From Gammaproteobacteria bacterium (GTDB lineage: Bacteria > Pseudomonadota > Gammaproteobacteria > Thiohalospirales > Thiohalospiraceae): DNA of 64,000 bases. The position numbers and the translations under genes were made by a program. This document shows, piece by piece, positions 20,810 to 30,314 of this stretch; position 1 is the stretch's first letter, and every line of letters starts with the position of its first letter. Where the stretch lies: positions 1,838 through 65,837 of the forward strand of contig WFVH01000092.1 in NCBI GenBank assembly GCA_015491735.1, in the 5' to 3' direction. The notes under the pieces are model-generated. The model had not been told where the DNA came from. It made no database searches and saw nothing but the letters and a program-made list of their open reading frames with translations.

Positions 20810-21658
20810 TTATCCCGTCATGGCGTCATTTGCATTCGTCAGGCGGGATGAGCCGGCCTCTGGAGAAGAAGGCATCGAGCAGGTTTCTTGCAGGGTCGCC
20901 AGGCAGCGGTTATAGGCGTTCCACACGAAGTTCAGCTCCCCTGTGGACAAGTCGGGGGGGGTGGCTTTTTTTCTGTTTCTGATGATTCTCCCCTGAAATA
21001 TGTTGCTGGAGGCATCTCCAATCCCTTTTTTCCCTGTGGTTCGGAGCAGCTGATAATTTTCTGACAAAGGGGTTTGCAGATTCAACTGTTTCTCCAGCAA
21101 TGAGAAACACTCCCGTGTGTTGTCAATCAGCTGATCATAGGTGAATGCGCTGCAGCGTTTTTTCCTCGACAGATCCGCTGCATAGGATTCAAGCGCCTGC
21201 AGTCGGGATGTGTAGTAATCGATAGCCTCCTTTTTGCTGAGTCCGAGATATCCGGTGAGGCTGGATAGTGCGCCTGCCGGTTCGCGAACCAGGAAAATGA
21301 CATGGCTTTTCCCATCGGAGAGAAGCTGAATATTTTCCTTCTTCAACAGATGGTTATGAAGGCTCTTGTCCAGTATGAACCGCTCCTTTCCCGGCAGGGG
21401 GAAGCGTCTGAGCATGTACATCACTTTGCCTGCCACCCGGGTCAATGCCCGCCGGTTGTCGTAAGGGACATGGGTTTCTCCGTAGCCGCATATATCGGGG
21501 TTCAGAACCAGCAGATGAGTAAACAGGGAGGATCCGGCCCGCATGTGTGACAGGATATGGATGTACTCAAACGGCCTCCGTGTCTTTAACGCGAGCGAGT
21601 AGTAAGCATAGATTATCTCTCCGAGCAATTTTTTCATGGATTGAAGCCTGTCCGCCAA
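20810..21658 (-). CDS. sulfotransferase family protein
   Basis: 282 aa. PAPS 5'-phosphosulfate loop-like HMRAGSSLFTHLL and a 3'-phosphate motif-like VIFLVREP. GC looks lower than in flanking genes. Confidence 0.55.
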   Translation of the reverse strand: MADRLQSMKKLLGEIIYAYYSLALKTRRPFEYIHILSHMRAGSSLFTHLLVLNPDICGYGETHVPYDNRRALTRVAGKVMYMLRRFPLPGKERFILDKSLHNHLLKKENIQLLSDGKSHVIFLVREPAGALSSLTGYLGLSKKEAIDYYTSRLQALESYAADLSRKKRCSAFTYDQLIDNTRECFSLLEKQLNLQTPLSENYQLLRTTGKKGIGDASSNIFQGRIIRNRKKATPPDLSTGELNFVWNAYNRCLATLQETCSMPSSPEAGSSRLTNANDAMTG

Positions 21659-21971
21659 TGGTTATATATTTTACAACTGATTATCTGTTGCTGCGTTTTG
21701 GTTATATCGGCCGTTATTCAAGCAGTCTTCAGGGCATCCCGAAACTGTGGTATGTTCCCTCGGGAACGGCTATTCTTTTCAAGGTTCCCAACAAAAAAAC
21801 GGTCCGGTATGCCTTGAGGGTAGATTACCACGTTGGTCGCCGATACAGCCCCTTATCGTCAAGCATCCCGGCAAATAACGGAATCCCTGGAGACAGTTTC
21901 AAGCCGATACAGGATGGTTGCCGGATTAACAAAACAGGAGCGGATTGAACCGCTGACAGCGAACTGCCAAT

Positions 21972-22072
21972 GTAACTATTCAGATCACCCCTGAAATCCG
22001 CCAGTTCAAGGCAAATTTCAGGGGCAATCTGAACAGTTACCGGCTTGTTTCATACCTATGCTGAATAGTTAC
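21972..22072 (+). mobile_element. MITE copy 1 (101-bp internally deleted/fold-back variant)
   Basis: Termini GTAACTATTCAG...GCTGAATAGTTAC. Perfect 8-bp TSD CTGCCAAT at 21964-21971 and 22073-22080. Confidence 0.9.
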
Positions 22073-22142
22073 CTGCCAATAAGCCTTCCCCGAAGTTGTT
22101 TCGGAAGCTGTCACCGTGCGCTGTATTGTACAAGAAGCAAAT

Positions 22143-22988
22143 TCAGCCGGTAAAGCGCATCGACAGATCCACTGCCTGCAGATTCTTGGTGATCAGCCCT
22201 ACCGAGATGTAGTCAACTCCGGTTGCGGCAACGGCGGGGATGGTTTTCAGCGTGATGCCGCCAGAGGCCTCCAGTTCGGCACGGGTATCGGTGATGGCCA
22301 CCGCTTCTCGAAGTGCAGTGTTGTCCATATTGTCCAGCAGGATGCGATCGGCGCCAGCCGCCAGTGCTTCATGAAGCTCCTCCAGGGTTTCTACCTCGAC
22401 CTCCAGCGGTATCCTGTTGTGAGAGAGCGCTCGGGCCTGGCGAACTGCCTCGCTGATGGAGCCAGCAGCCATGATGTGGTTCTCCTTGATCAGAATGGCG
22501 TCGAACAGGCCGATACGGTGATTGTGTCCGCCGCCGCAAAGGACCGCATACTTCTGCGCCCGCCGCAGGCCGGGGAGCGTCTTGCGGGTATCGAGGATCT
22601 TTACACCGCTGCCGGCAACAGCATCGACATAATGCCGGGTCAGCGTGGCGGTGCCGGAGAGGGTTTGCAGAAAATTGAGCGCGGTACGCTCCACGGTCAG
22701 CAGGGTACGGGCCGGACCGTTGATGGTGCAAAGCGGCTGATTAAGCGCAAGGTGTTCGCCATCTGCTGCGTGCCAGATGATCTTGACCGAGTCATCGAAC
22801 TGGCGGAATGCCTCATCCACCCAGGCTGTTCCACACAGCACCGCCTGGTCGCGGCAGACAATCTCTGCCTGGGCGGGCGTCTCTCCGGTGATCAGCCGCG
22901 CGGTCAGATCACCATTGCCGATATCTTCCTCCAGCGCGATACGAACCTGGTGGCGGATCTCTGTCTCTGTCAGATAGTAGGGGAACAC
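22143..22988 (-). CDS. nadC: nicotinate-nucleotide diphosphorylase (quinolinate phosphoribosyltransferase)
   Basis: 281 aa, NadC-like (…DTRKTLPGLR…KENH…). Divergent from ampD, as in enterobacteria. Confidence 0.92.
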   Translation of the reverse strand: MFPYYLTETEIRHQVRIALEEDIGNGDLTARLITGETPAQAEIVCRDQAVLCGTAWVDEAFRQFDDSVKIIWHAADGEHLALNQPLCTINGPARTLLTVERTALNFLQTLSGTATLTRHYVDAVAGSGVKILDTRKTLPGLRRAQKYAVLCGGGHNHRIGLFDAILIKENHIMAAGSISEAVRQARALSHNRIPLEVEVETLEELHEALAAGADRILLDNMDNTALREAVAITDTRAELEASGGITLKTIPAVAATGVDYISVGLITKNLQAVDLSMRFTG

Positions 22989-23176
22989 GGGCTGTCCTCG
23001 TTCTTGATTGTGAGCGCGCCGTTATGCTCGTCGCCGGGTTAATAATATACCCGACTGAATGAAAAAACTCTAAAATAGCAGCATTACATACATAACCGCA
23101 AAACAGTATACCGCCGCTGTATGGATGCAAGCGTTTGATTTTCAAAATCCACCAAACATCAATTGCATACCGGAAC

Positions 23177-23328
23177 GTAACTATTCAGCTCACCCCTGAA
23201 ATTCGCCATTTCTGCGTTGAAAAAGGGTCATTTACACGCGTAAACTCCCATTTTTCGCCTTGAACTGACGAATTTCAGGGGCAATCTGAACAGTTACCGG
23301 CCTGTTTCATACCATGCTGAATAGTTAC
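23177..23328 (+). mobile_element. MITE copy 2 (152 bp, canonical)
   Basis: TIRs GTAACTATTCAGC / GCTGAATAGTTAC. TSD ACCGGAAC at 23169-23176 and 23329-23336. Confidence 0.93.
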
Positions 23329-23503
23329 ACCGGAACAAAGTATCAGCCATACAAGTTTGCTCGAATAGTTTGGCGTGTTGCCCGGTTTGCGCCGGTCGCT
23401 ACGCCTCAATTTACGCAAACCGGACAACAGGTTAAACTGCCGGTGATTTACGGCGACATACAGGCGCGGGTTGGGTGAAAAGGTGCAAAACCGGGATGGG
23501 GGA

Positions 23504-24052
23504 ATGCGGATAGATATCACCACTGGGCTGCTGGAGGATGCGCGCCAGGTCTGTTCCCCTAACTGTGATCGACGCAGCCGGGGTGAGACTATCAGCCTGC
23601 TGGTGATTCACAGTATCAGCTTGCCGCCAGCGCAGTTTGGCGGCCCCTGGATCGATGCCCTGTTCACCAACACGCTCGATCCCCGCGTGCATCCCTATTT
23701 TCAGTCAATTGCCGGGCTGCGGGTTTCTGCCCATGTGTTGATCCGGCGGGATGGTGAGATGGTGCAGTATGTCCCTTTCCATGCCCGTGCCTGGCACGCA
23801 GGCCACTCCTGTTTCCAGGGGCGGGAGTGCTGTAATAATTTCTCGATTGGCGTTGAACTGGAAGGGTGTGACGAACTGCCATACGAAGAGGTGCAGTACC
23901 GGCGCCTGATCTCTCTGACCCGTTCTGTGATGGAGAATTATCCAGCAATTACGCCGCAGCGTATTGCGGGTCACTGCGATATCGCTCCCGGGCGCAAGAC
24001 TGATCCTGGCCCCCTGTTTGACTGGGAGCGTTATCGAAAAGCGCTGAAGTGA
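23504..24052 (+). CDS. ampD: 1,6-anhydro-N-acetylmuramyl-L-alanine amidase AmpD
   Basis: Internal ATG of track ORF 23471..24052. Amidase_2 motifs are present (VIHSISLPP, AWHAG, NNFSIGVELEG). Confidence 0.9.
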   Translation: MRIDITTGLLEDARQVCSPNCDRRSRGETISLLVIHSISLPPAQFGGPWIDALFTNTLDPRVHPYFQSIAGLRVSAHVLIRRDGEMVQYVPFHARAWHAGHSCFQGRECCNNFSIGVELEGCDELPYEEVQYRRLISLTRSVMENYPAITPQRIAGHCDIAPGRKTDPGPLFDWERYRKALK

Positions 24053-24093
24053 ATTTGATGCGTTGAGCCAGACGGGAAAATGAAAGGAGAAGC

Positions 24094-24245
24094 GTACCTA
24101 TTCAGCTCACCCCTGAAATCCGCCATTTCTGCGTTGAAAAAGGGTCATTTACACGCGTAAACTCCCATTTTTCGCCTTGAACTGACGAATTTCAGGGGCA
24201 ATCTGAACAGTTACCGGCTTGTTTTATACCATGCTGAATAGTTAC
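24094..24245 (+). mobile_element. MITE copy 3 (152 bp, canonical; left terminus GTACC)
   Basis: TSD GGAGAAGC at 24086-24093 and 24246-24253. Confidence 0.93.
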
Positions 24246-24428
24246 GGAGAAGCGACAATATGAACCGGAATACCCCATCGTGCAGTCTGTGTGCGGAGCT
24301 TTGCGCAGCGCCACTGCCGACGTGGCGGCAAGAGGGTGGATGGGACAATCCGCCTGCTGTTTCGCGCTGCTCTCATCCCGGTGGCAGTATTGGCGCTGAT
24401 ATGGCCCTGGCTGACCGGGTTCATTGAG

Positions 24429-25043
24429 ATGTTGATCGATCTCTTGCGCCATGGCGAACCGGTAGGGGGACGGCGCTACCGCGGTCAACTGGATGATCCC
24501 CTCAGTGAAAAAGGGTGGCGGCAGATGTGGGCAGCAGTACCGGATACTGTCCCCTGGGACGCCATTTTCACCTCACCACTGCAACGCTGCGCCGGTTTTG
24601 CCGCTGAACTGGCCAGGCGCCACACGTTGCCGCTGACGCGGGAGCCTCGTTTGATGGAGATCGGCTTTGGTGAGTGGGAAGGACTCACAGCAGAACAGGT
24701 GAACCGTAACGCCCCGGATGCCTTGATGAAGTTCTACCGGAATCCGGTCGACAACAAGCCCCCGGGGGCCGAATCACTGGGCAAATTCCGCCGCCGCATC
24801 TGCAGCGTCTGGGAGGAGATTCTGGCGGGTCAGGGTGACCAGCATCTGCTTGTCGTTGCCCATGCCGGGGTCGTGCGCATGATTCTATGCCAGGTGCTGA
24901 GGATGCCGGAGGAACACATGTTTTCCATTTTGGTACCCAATGCCGGGATAACCCGTATCCGCATGGAGAGCCAGGGGGAGATGCGCCTGGCGCGACTGGT
25001 ATTTCACGGCGCGCTGGCTTTGCCACACCATGATCCCTGTTGA
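24429..25043 (+). CDS. histidine phosphatase family protein (CobC/GpmB-like)
   Basis: Internal ATG of track ORF 24291..25043. RHG catalytic motif LLRHGEPVGG. Confidence 0.8.
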   Translation: MLIDLLRHGEPVGGRRYRGQLDDPLSEKGWRQMWAAVPDTVPWDAIFTSPLQRCAGFAAELARRHTLPLTREPRLMEIGFGEWEGLTAEQVNRNAPDALMKFYRNPVDNKPPGAESLGKFRRRICSVWEEILAGQGDQHLLVVAHAGVVRMILCQVLRMPEEHMFSILVPNAGITRIRMESQGEMRLARLVFHGALALPHHDPC

Positions 25044-25152
25044 TACCGGGTTGTACTGTTCCTGAATTCGTGAATTCAGGGTGGAGTGGAGAAAAGCCTT
25101 TCGCGACTCTGGAAATCAAGGCGCTTGCGCCAGTGATGAAAAAGCGCTCTGC

Positions 25153-27834
25153 TCAATCGTTTGGCCTGCCGTCGGACTCGCAGTCGAGGTATCGCTTGAT
25201 GGTTTCAGACAGTTTTTGTTGGCGTTGTGGACTCTCTACCGGCCGGTTTTCATCGTCGGTGATGAAAAAGATATCCTCCGCCCTTTCACCAATTGTAGCT
25301 ATTTTTGCATTGTGGATGACGATGCCGTGCTCCCGCAGAGCAAAACCAAGCCGTGCCAGCAGACCGGGGCGATCGGCCGTTATTATCTCCATTACCGTGC
25401 GTTGATTGGCCTTGTCTGTTGTGAAACTGACCGAGGTGGAGATAGGGAAACACTTCAACTGGCGCGAGATGCGGCGGGTAACCTGGCCGTTGCCACCAAG
25501 CCGTTTCAGTCCTTGCCGCAGCCTCTCCAGTATTTCCCGAACACGCTGGGGACTGCTGATGGCTTCCCCGTTCTGCTCCAGGACGGTCAGTGTGTTCAAG
25601 GTATAACCATTGCGCGAAGTGATGATACGGGCATCGGCAATGGTCAGTCCATTTTGTTCGAGCAGTGAAGCGGTGTGGGCGAATACATTCTCCTCCACAC
25701 GAGTGTAGATGAATATTCCGGTACCACCGCGCCGGGTTGTCTGGCGCATCAGCACCAGCGGCAGTTCGGTTTCATCGCTGCCCAGTATGGCGCATGTGTG
25801 CCAGACGATTTCGTCGGCAGAGTAACGCAGGAAGTAGTCGTCATCGAAATTCTCCCATAGCGCTTCAAAATCGGGTTTTGGCAGGGTGTGCTGCCGAAGT
25901 TGCTGACGGGCCTGTTTCTTGATTATTCCGATACGCTCTTGTTGCAAAGGAGGGTTGGTTACGCCTCTGCGAAGAATGCGTTTGGTTCCATTGTATAACT
26001 CTACCAGCAGTGCGTTCTTCCAGCTGTTCCAGGCGCTGGCATTGGTGGCGCGGATATCCGCCACGGTAAGCAGATAGAGATGGTTCAACCGATCGACATC
26101 CCCCACCTGTGTGGCAAAGTCATGAATCACGCCGGGATCACTGATGTCCTTGCGCTGCGCTGTCATGGACATGACGAGGTGGTTCTTGACCAGCCAGGTT
26201 ATCAGACTGGTGTTGTAGGGTCCGAGTTCGTGGTCGATGCAGAATTTTTTGGCGTCCACCGCACCCAGTTCAGAGTGGTTGCCGCCGCGGCCTTTGGCGA
26301 TGTCGTGAAACAGTGCCGCAATGTAGAGAATCTCCGGATGGGGCAGGTGAGAGATGATCCGGTTGCAGAGCGGGAACTCATGTGCATATTGCGGAACCGT
26401 GAAGCGGCGCAGGTTGCGCAATGTGACCAGTGTATGCTCGTCAACGGTATAAACATGAAAAAGATCATGCTGCATCTGGCCAACGATACGGCCAAATTCC
26501 GGCAGATAGGCGGCCAGAACGCCATAGCGGTTCATCCGCCTCAGCTCCCGCGTCACGCCCCGGGATTGGCGTAAAATATCCAGAAACAGCTTCCGGTTTT
26601 TGCGGCTGGCGCGAAACTTGTCGCCGATCAGATGGCGATGCTCCCGTACCAAGCGGATGGTTTCCGCGCGTACGCCATTCAGTTCCGGCCGTTGCGCCAT
26701 TACCAGGAACAGCTCCAGCAGCGCGCAAGGGTGGTGGCGGAACAGGGTTGGTTCGGTTACTTCCAGAAACCCTTTCCGAACCTGAAAATGGGCATTGACA
26801 GGTGCCGGTTCGCCCGGCTCGTCTGCATGAAGAATCTGTTCCTGAAACAGTTGCAGCAGCATTTCATTGAGACGGCTCAGCTCCATGACGGTTCGGTAGT
26901 AGCGCTTCATCAGCTGTTCCACCGCCAGCTCGTGTTCGCTGTCCTCGTAGCCGAGCCGTGCGGCCAGGACTCGCTGGTAGTCAAACAGCAGCCGCTCTTC
27001 ACCCCGGCCGGTCAGGCTGTGCAACCCAAACCGGAGCTGCCACAGGAACGACTGCCCGGCCATCAAGGTGCGGTACTCCTGTTCGCTGAGAAAGTTGTGG
27101 GTAACGAGGTCATGCAGCGTGGCGGCGCCAAAATGGCGTTTGGTGATCCAGCCGATCATCTGGATATCCCGCAGTCCGCCCGGACCGCTTTTGATATTGG
27201 GTTCCAGATTGTAGGCCGTGTCGTGAAATTTGTGGTGCCGCTGAATCTGCTCTTCCCACTTGGCGGCGAAGAACGCCCTGCTGGACCAGATGGCCCGGGG
27301 TCCCGTTCGCTGCTGCAGCGCCAACAGCAACTCTGCTGAACCATCAATCAAGCGTGACTCCATCAGGTTGGTGGCGATGGTGATATCCTCCGCAGCCGCC
27401 GATACACACTCGTCCAGCGAACGGATACTGTGCCCGATCTCCAGGCCAACATCCCAAAGGGTGGTCAGGAACTTTTCGAAACTACTTTTTAATCCATTGT
27501 CATCTCTTTGTTTCAAAAGAATTAGTATATCTATATCGGAGCAGGGATGAAGTTCGCCGCGGCCATAGCCGCCAACGGCGACCAGTGCAATATCACAGAG
27601 ATGCTCTTTGAAATAGAGCTGCCAGATGCGCTGCAGCACCTGATCCACGGCCTGGGCGCGGGCATGAACGAGTTCCTCCACCGGGGCGCCCCGTTCAAAC
27701 TGCTCTTCCAGCGCTTTCCCGGCCTGGCTCAAGGCCTTGCGGAACAGGGGGATTGGGGCAGCACCGTCCGCCAACCGGTCGTCCAGCGCCGCCGTGTCGA
27801 TCAGAACCAGCCTGGATCCCTCCGAATCCATCAA
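25153..27834 (-). CDS. glnD: [protein-PII] uridylyltransferase / uridylyl-removing enzyme
   Basis: 893 aa with a nucleotidyltransferase motif GGYGRGELHPCSDIDILIL, an HD domain and two C-terminal ACT-like regions. Confidence 0.94.
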   Translation of the reverse strand: MMDSEGSRLVLIDTAALDDRLADGAAPIPLFRKALSQAGKALEEQFERGAPVEELVHARAQAVDQVLQRIWQLYFKEHLCDIALVAVGGYGRGELHPCSDIDILILLKQRDDNGLKSSFEKFLTTLWDVGLEIGHSIRSLDECVSAAAEDITIATNLMESRLIDGSAELLLALQQRTGPRAIWSSRAFFAAKWEEQIQRHHKFHDTAYNLEPNIKSGPGGLRDIQMIGWITKRHFGAATLHDLVTHNFLSEQEYRTLMAGQSFLWQLRFGLHSLTGRGEERLLFDYQRVLAARLGYEDSEHELAVEQLMKRYYRTVMELSRLNEMLLQLFQEQILHADEPGEPAPVNAHFQVRKGFLEVTEPTLFRHHPCALLELFLVMAQRPELNGVRAETIRLVREHRHLIGDKFRASRKNRKLFLDILRQSRGVTRELRRMNRYGVLAAYLPEFGRIVGQMQHDLFHVYTVDEHTLVTLRNLRRFTVPQYAHEFPLCNRIISHLPHPEILYIAALFHDIAKGRGGNHSELGAVDAKKFCIDHELGPYNTSLITWLVKNHLVMSMTAQRKDISDPGVIHDFATQVGDVDRLNHLYLLTVADIRATNASAWNSWKNALLVELYNGTKRILRRGVTNPPLQQERIGIIKKQARQQLRQHTLPKPDFEALWENFDDDYFLRYSADEIVWHTCAILGSDETELPLVLMRQTTRRGGTGIFIYTRVEENVFAHTASLLEQNGLTIADARIITSRNGYTLNTLTVLEQNGEAISSPQRVREILERLRQGLKRLGGNGQVTRRISRQLKCFPISTSVSFTTDKANQRTVMEIITADRPGLLARLGFALREHGIVIHNAKIATIGERAEDIFFITDDENRPVESPQRQQKLSETIKRYLDCESDGRPND

Positions 27835-28598
27835 TCCTGCTTGCCGGCAAGCTGTGTCAGTATTTCAACCCCATCTTCGGTAACCAGAACGGTATGCTCC
27901 CATTGAGCCGAAAGGCTGTGATCCTTGGTGACCACAGTCCAGCCATCAGCAAGCAAACGAACTTCCCGGCGGCCTGCGTTGACCATCGGTTCGATGGTAA
28001 AGGTCATCCCGGCCTTCAGCGGTATCCCGGTACCGGGGGTTCCATAGTGCAATACTTGAGGCTCTTCATGGAAACCACGTCCGATGCCATGCCCGCAGTA
28101 TTCACGCACGATGGAGCAGCCGTTTCTCTCCGCATGCTGCTGAATGGCGTAACCGATATCCCCCAGGCGGACTCCCGGCCGCACCATCTCTACTCCCTTC
28201 ATCAAGCACTCATGGGCGATGCGCACCACCCGTCTGGCCCGTATCGAAGGTTCTCCGACAAAGAACATCTTGCTGGTATCGCCATGATAACCATCCTTGA
28301 TAACAGTAATGTCTATGTTGATGATATCGCCGTTTTTCAGCTTTTTCGCACTTGGAATACCGTGGCATACCTGGTGATTGACCGAGGTACAGATGGATTT
28401 TGGAAAGCCATGGTAGTTGAGCGGTGCCGGCGTGGCTTGTTGAACCCCGGTAATATACTCATGCGCCAGACTGTCCAGCTCCTCCGTGGTAATGCCGGAT
28501 TTCACATGAGGTGCCAGAAACGCCAGCACTTCGGCCGCCAGTCTCCCTGCGGTACGCATCTTCTCTATCTCTTCGGTGGTTTTGATATTGATACTCAT
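27831..28598 (-). CDS. map: type I methionine aminopeptidase
   Basis: 255 aa, M24A family (…CHGIP…DIINIDIT…GHGIG…). The glnD-map/rpsB arrangement is conserved. Confidence 0.94.
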   Translation of the reverse strand: MSINIKTTEEIEKMRTAGRLAAEVLAFLAPHVKSGITTEELDSLAHEYITGVQQATPAPLNYHGFPKSICTSVNHQVCHGIPSAKKLKNGDIINIDITVIKDGYHGDTSKMFFVGEPSIRARRVVRIAHECLMKGVEMVRPGVRLGDIGYAIQQHAERNGCSIVREYCGHGIGRGFHEEPQVLHYGTPGTGIPLKAGMTFTIEPMVNAGRREVRLLADGWTVVTKDHSLSAQWEHTVLVTEDGVEILTQLAGKQD

Positions 28599-28929
28599 AA
28601 TATTTGCTGTTTGGTGGATTCAGGGAACGGCAGCACGGGGATCTTCGCTGTTCGAACCATGAGATGAATTCGCAAGGTGTTGTTTTTTGCGCAGGAATCC
28701 GGCCGCCGGCGCCCCATCCGGCCGAGTACTGGATCACCCGGCGAATTGTCGTTATAACCGGTTTATGGTATAAAGCGCACGCCGTCTTGGCAAATCCGGT
28801 TGCTTGCCCGGCGGGCAACCGGCTCGAAATACGCACATGCACCGACACGTATGCCAGGGTGCTTACTTGACAAAGGTAGGTTGGCATATGGGGTGTGTGG
28901 AGGAATAACCCTGATCAGGAGAAACATAG

Positions 28930-30030
28930 ATGTCAACCGTATCCATGCGTGAAATGCTGGAGGCCGGTGTTCACTTCGGCCATCAGACCCGTTACTGGAA
29001 CCCCAAAATGGCGCCTTATATTTTCGGTGCCCGCAACAAGATTCATATCATCAATCTGGAGAAAAGTGTCCCCCTGTTCCAGGAGGCTCTCAACTATATT
29101 GGTGCTCTGGCCGCCAGGAAGGGCACCATTCTGTTTGTTGGCACCAAGCGAGCGGCCCAAAATGCCATCAAGGAGCAAGCCGAGCGCTGTGGCATGCCCT
29201 ATGTCAATCACCGCTGGCTCGGCGGGATGCTGACCAACTACAAGACGGTCAAACAGTCCATCAAGAGGCTCAAGGATCTGGAAGCGATGAGGGATGATGG
29301 CTCTTTTGGGCGCTTGAGCAAGAAAGAGGCGCTGATGTTGACAAGAGAGCTGGAGAAACTGGATCGCAGTTTGGGTGGAATCAAGGAGATGAAAGGCCTG
29401 CCCGATGCATTGTTCATCATCGATGTCGGTCATGAAAAAATTGCCGTGCGCGAAGCAAGCACGCTGGGAATTCCCGTGGTGGGTATCGTCGACACCAACT
29501 ACGCTCCGGACGGCGTTGACTATGTTGTCCCCGGCAATGACGATGCCATTCGCGCCATTCAACTGTATACCCGCTGCGTGGCCGACGCCGTTTTGGAGGC
29601 CCGCGCCTCCGCCGTCTCCGCAGGCGATGCCGCTGCCGGTTCAGATGACTTTATCGAGGTGGAAAACGGTGATGATACGCCTACCCCGCGTCCCGAACCT
29701 GCCGGCGCGGAAAAACCCTCGACTGCCGAAAAGAAAACCGTGGCAGCGAAGCGTGCCGAACCAACAGATGACGGAGCGGACGACTTTACGAAAATCGAAG
29801 GAATAGGCCCCAAGATTTCAGCCATACTGGCCGGTAACGGAATCAGAACATTCACAGAGCTGGCCAGCATGGAGGCTGGCAGCATCAAGCAGATGCTGGT
29901 TACCGCCGGCTCCCAGTATAATCGCGCCGATCCCGCCACCTGGCCAAAGCAGGCCGAGTATGCCGCCAAGGGTGAGTGGGAGGCCCTGAAAAAGTGGCAG
30001 GATGAACTCGACGGCGGACGGGCAGGGTAG
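28930..30030 (+). CDS. rpsB: 30S ribosomal protein S2 with C-terminal extension
   Basis: The first ~245 aa are canonical S2 ([19 protein letters not shown]…) and end at a DDFIEVE tail equivalent to the E. coli C-terminus. The ORF continues for ~120 more aa (see findings). Confidence 0.93.
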   Translation: MSTVSMREMLEAGVHFGHQTRYWNPKMAPYIFGARNKIHIINLEKSVPLFQEALNYIGALAARKGTILFVGTKRAAQNAIKEQAERCGMPYVNHRWLGGMLTNYKTVKQSIKRLKDLEAMRDDGSFGRLSKKEALMLTRELEKLDRSLGGIKEMKGLPDALFIIDVGHEKIAVREASTLGIPVVGIVDTNYAPDGVDYVVPGNDDAIRAIQLYTRCVADAVLEARASAVSAGDAAAGSDDFIEVENGDDTPTPRPEPAGAEKPSTAEKKTVAAKRAEPTDDGADDFTKIEGIGPKISAILAGNGIRTFTELASMEAGSIKQMLVTAGSQYNRADPATWPKQAEYAAKGEWEALKKWQDELDGGRAG

Positions 30031-30037
30031 CCGGTTC

Positions 30038-30079
30038 CGCCCCCCTGGCCGGTTATTGGCGACCGCTGCCAGGGGGGCG
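30038..30079 (+). other. stable hairpin in rpsB-tsf spacer (possible attenuator)
   Basis: Perfect 12-bp stem CGCCCCCCTGGC / GCCAGGGGGGCG with an 18-nt loop and no U-tract. Confidence 0.4.
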
Positions 30080-30132
30080 CTCATGTCGGCAGGCTACCCA
30101 TTTGTAGCCAGTCCGATCAGGTATCGTAATAT

Positions 30133-30284
30133 TTAACTATTCAGCATAGTATGAAACAAGCCGGTAACTGTTCAGATTGCCCCTGAAATGCGTCAGTTCA
30201 AGGCGAAAAATGGGAGTTTACGGGTGTAAATGACCATTTTTCAACGCAGAAATGGCGGATTTCAGGGGTGAGCTGAATAGTTAC
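30133..30284 (-). mobile_element. MITE copy 4 (152 bp, inverted orientation)
   Basis: TSD CGTAATAT at 30125-30132 and 30285-30292. One terminus is mutated (TTAAC). Confidence 0.92.
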
Positions 30285-30314
30285 CGTAATATTTGGAAAT
30301 ATCCGAGGTATAAC

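Noticed and set aside
22116-23042. 308-aa plus-strand ORF. Similar full-length antisense ORFs occur at 52945-53868 (opposite serB), 10962-12044 (opposite glgX), 41563-42498 (opposite lpxA) and 27753-28667 (opposite map).
   Set aside because: Each overlaps a confidently identified gene on the other strand and shows no recognisable motifs.
28867-28900. Consensus -35 hexamer TTGACA upstream of rpsB as a promoter call.
   Set aside because: No acceptable -10 element lies at 16-18 nt spacing (the nearest is TATGGG at 14 nt), so I did not annotate a promoter.
30252-30314. 21-codon N-terminal extension of tsf in the ORF track ([21 protein letters not shown]).
   Set aside because: The ATG lies inside MITE copy 4. 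The genuine start at 30315 has a good Shine-Dalgarno and matches the universal EF-Ts N-terminus. I keep it only as a curiosity in the findings.
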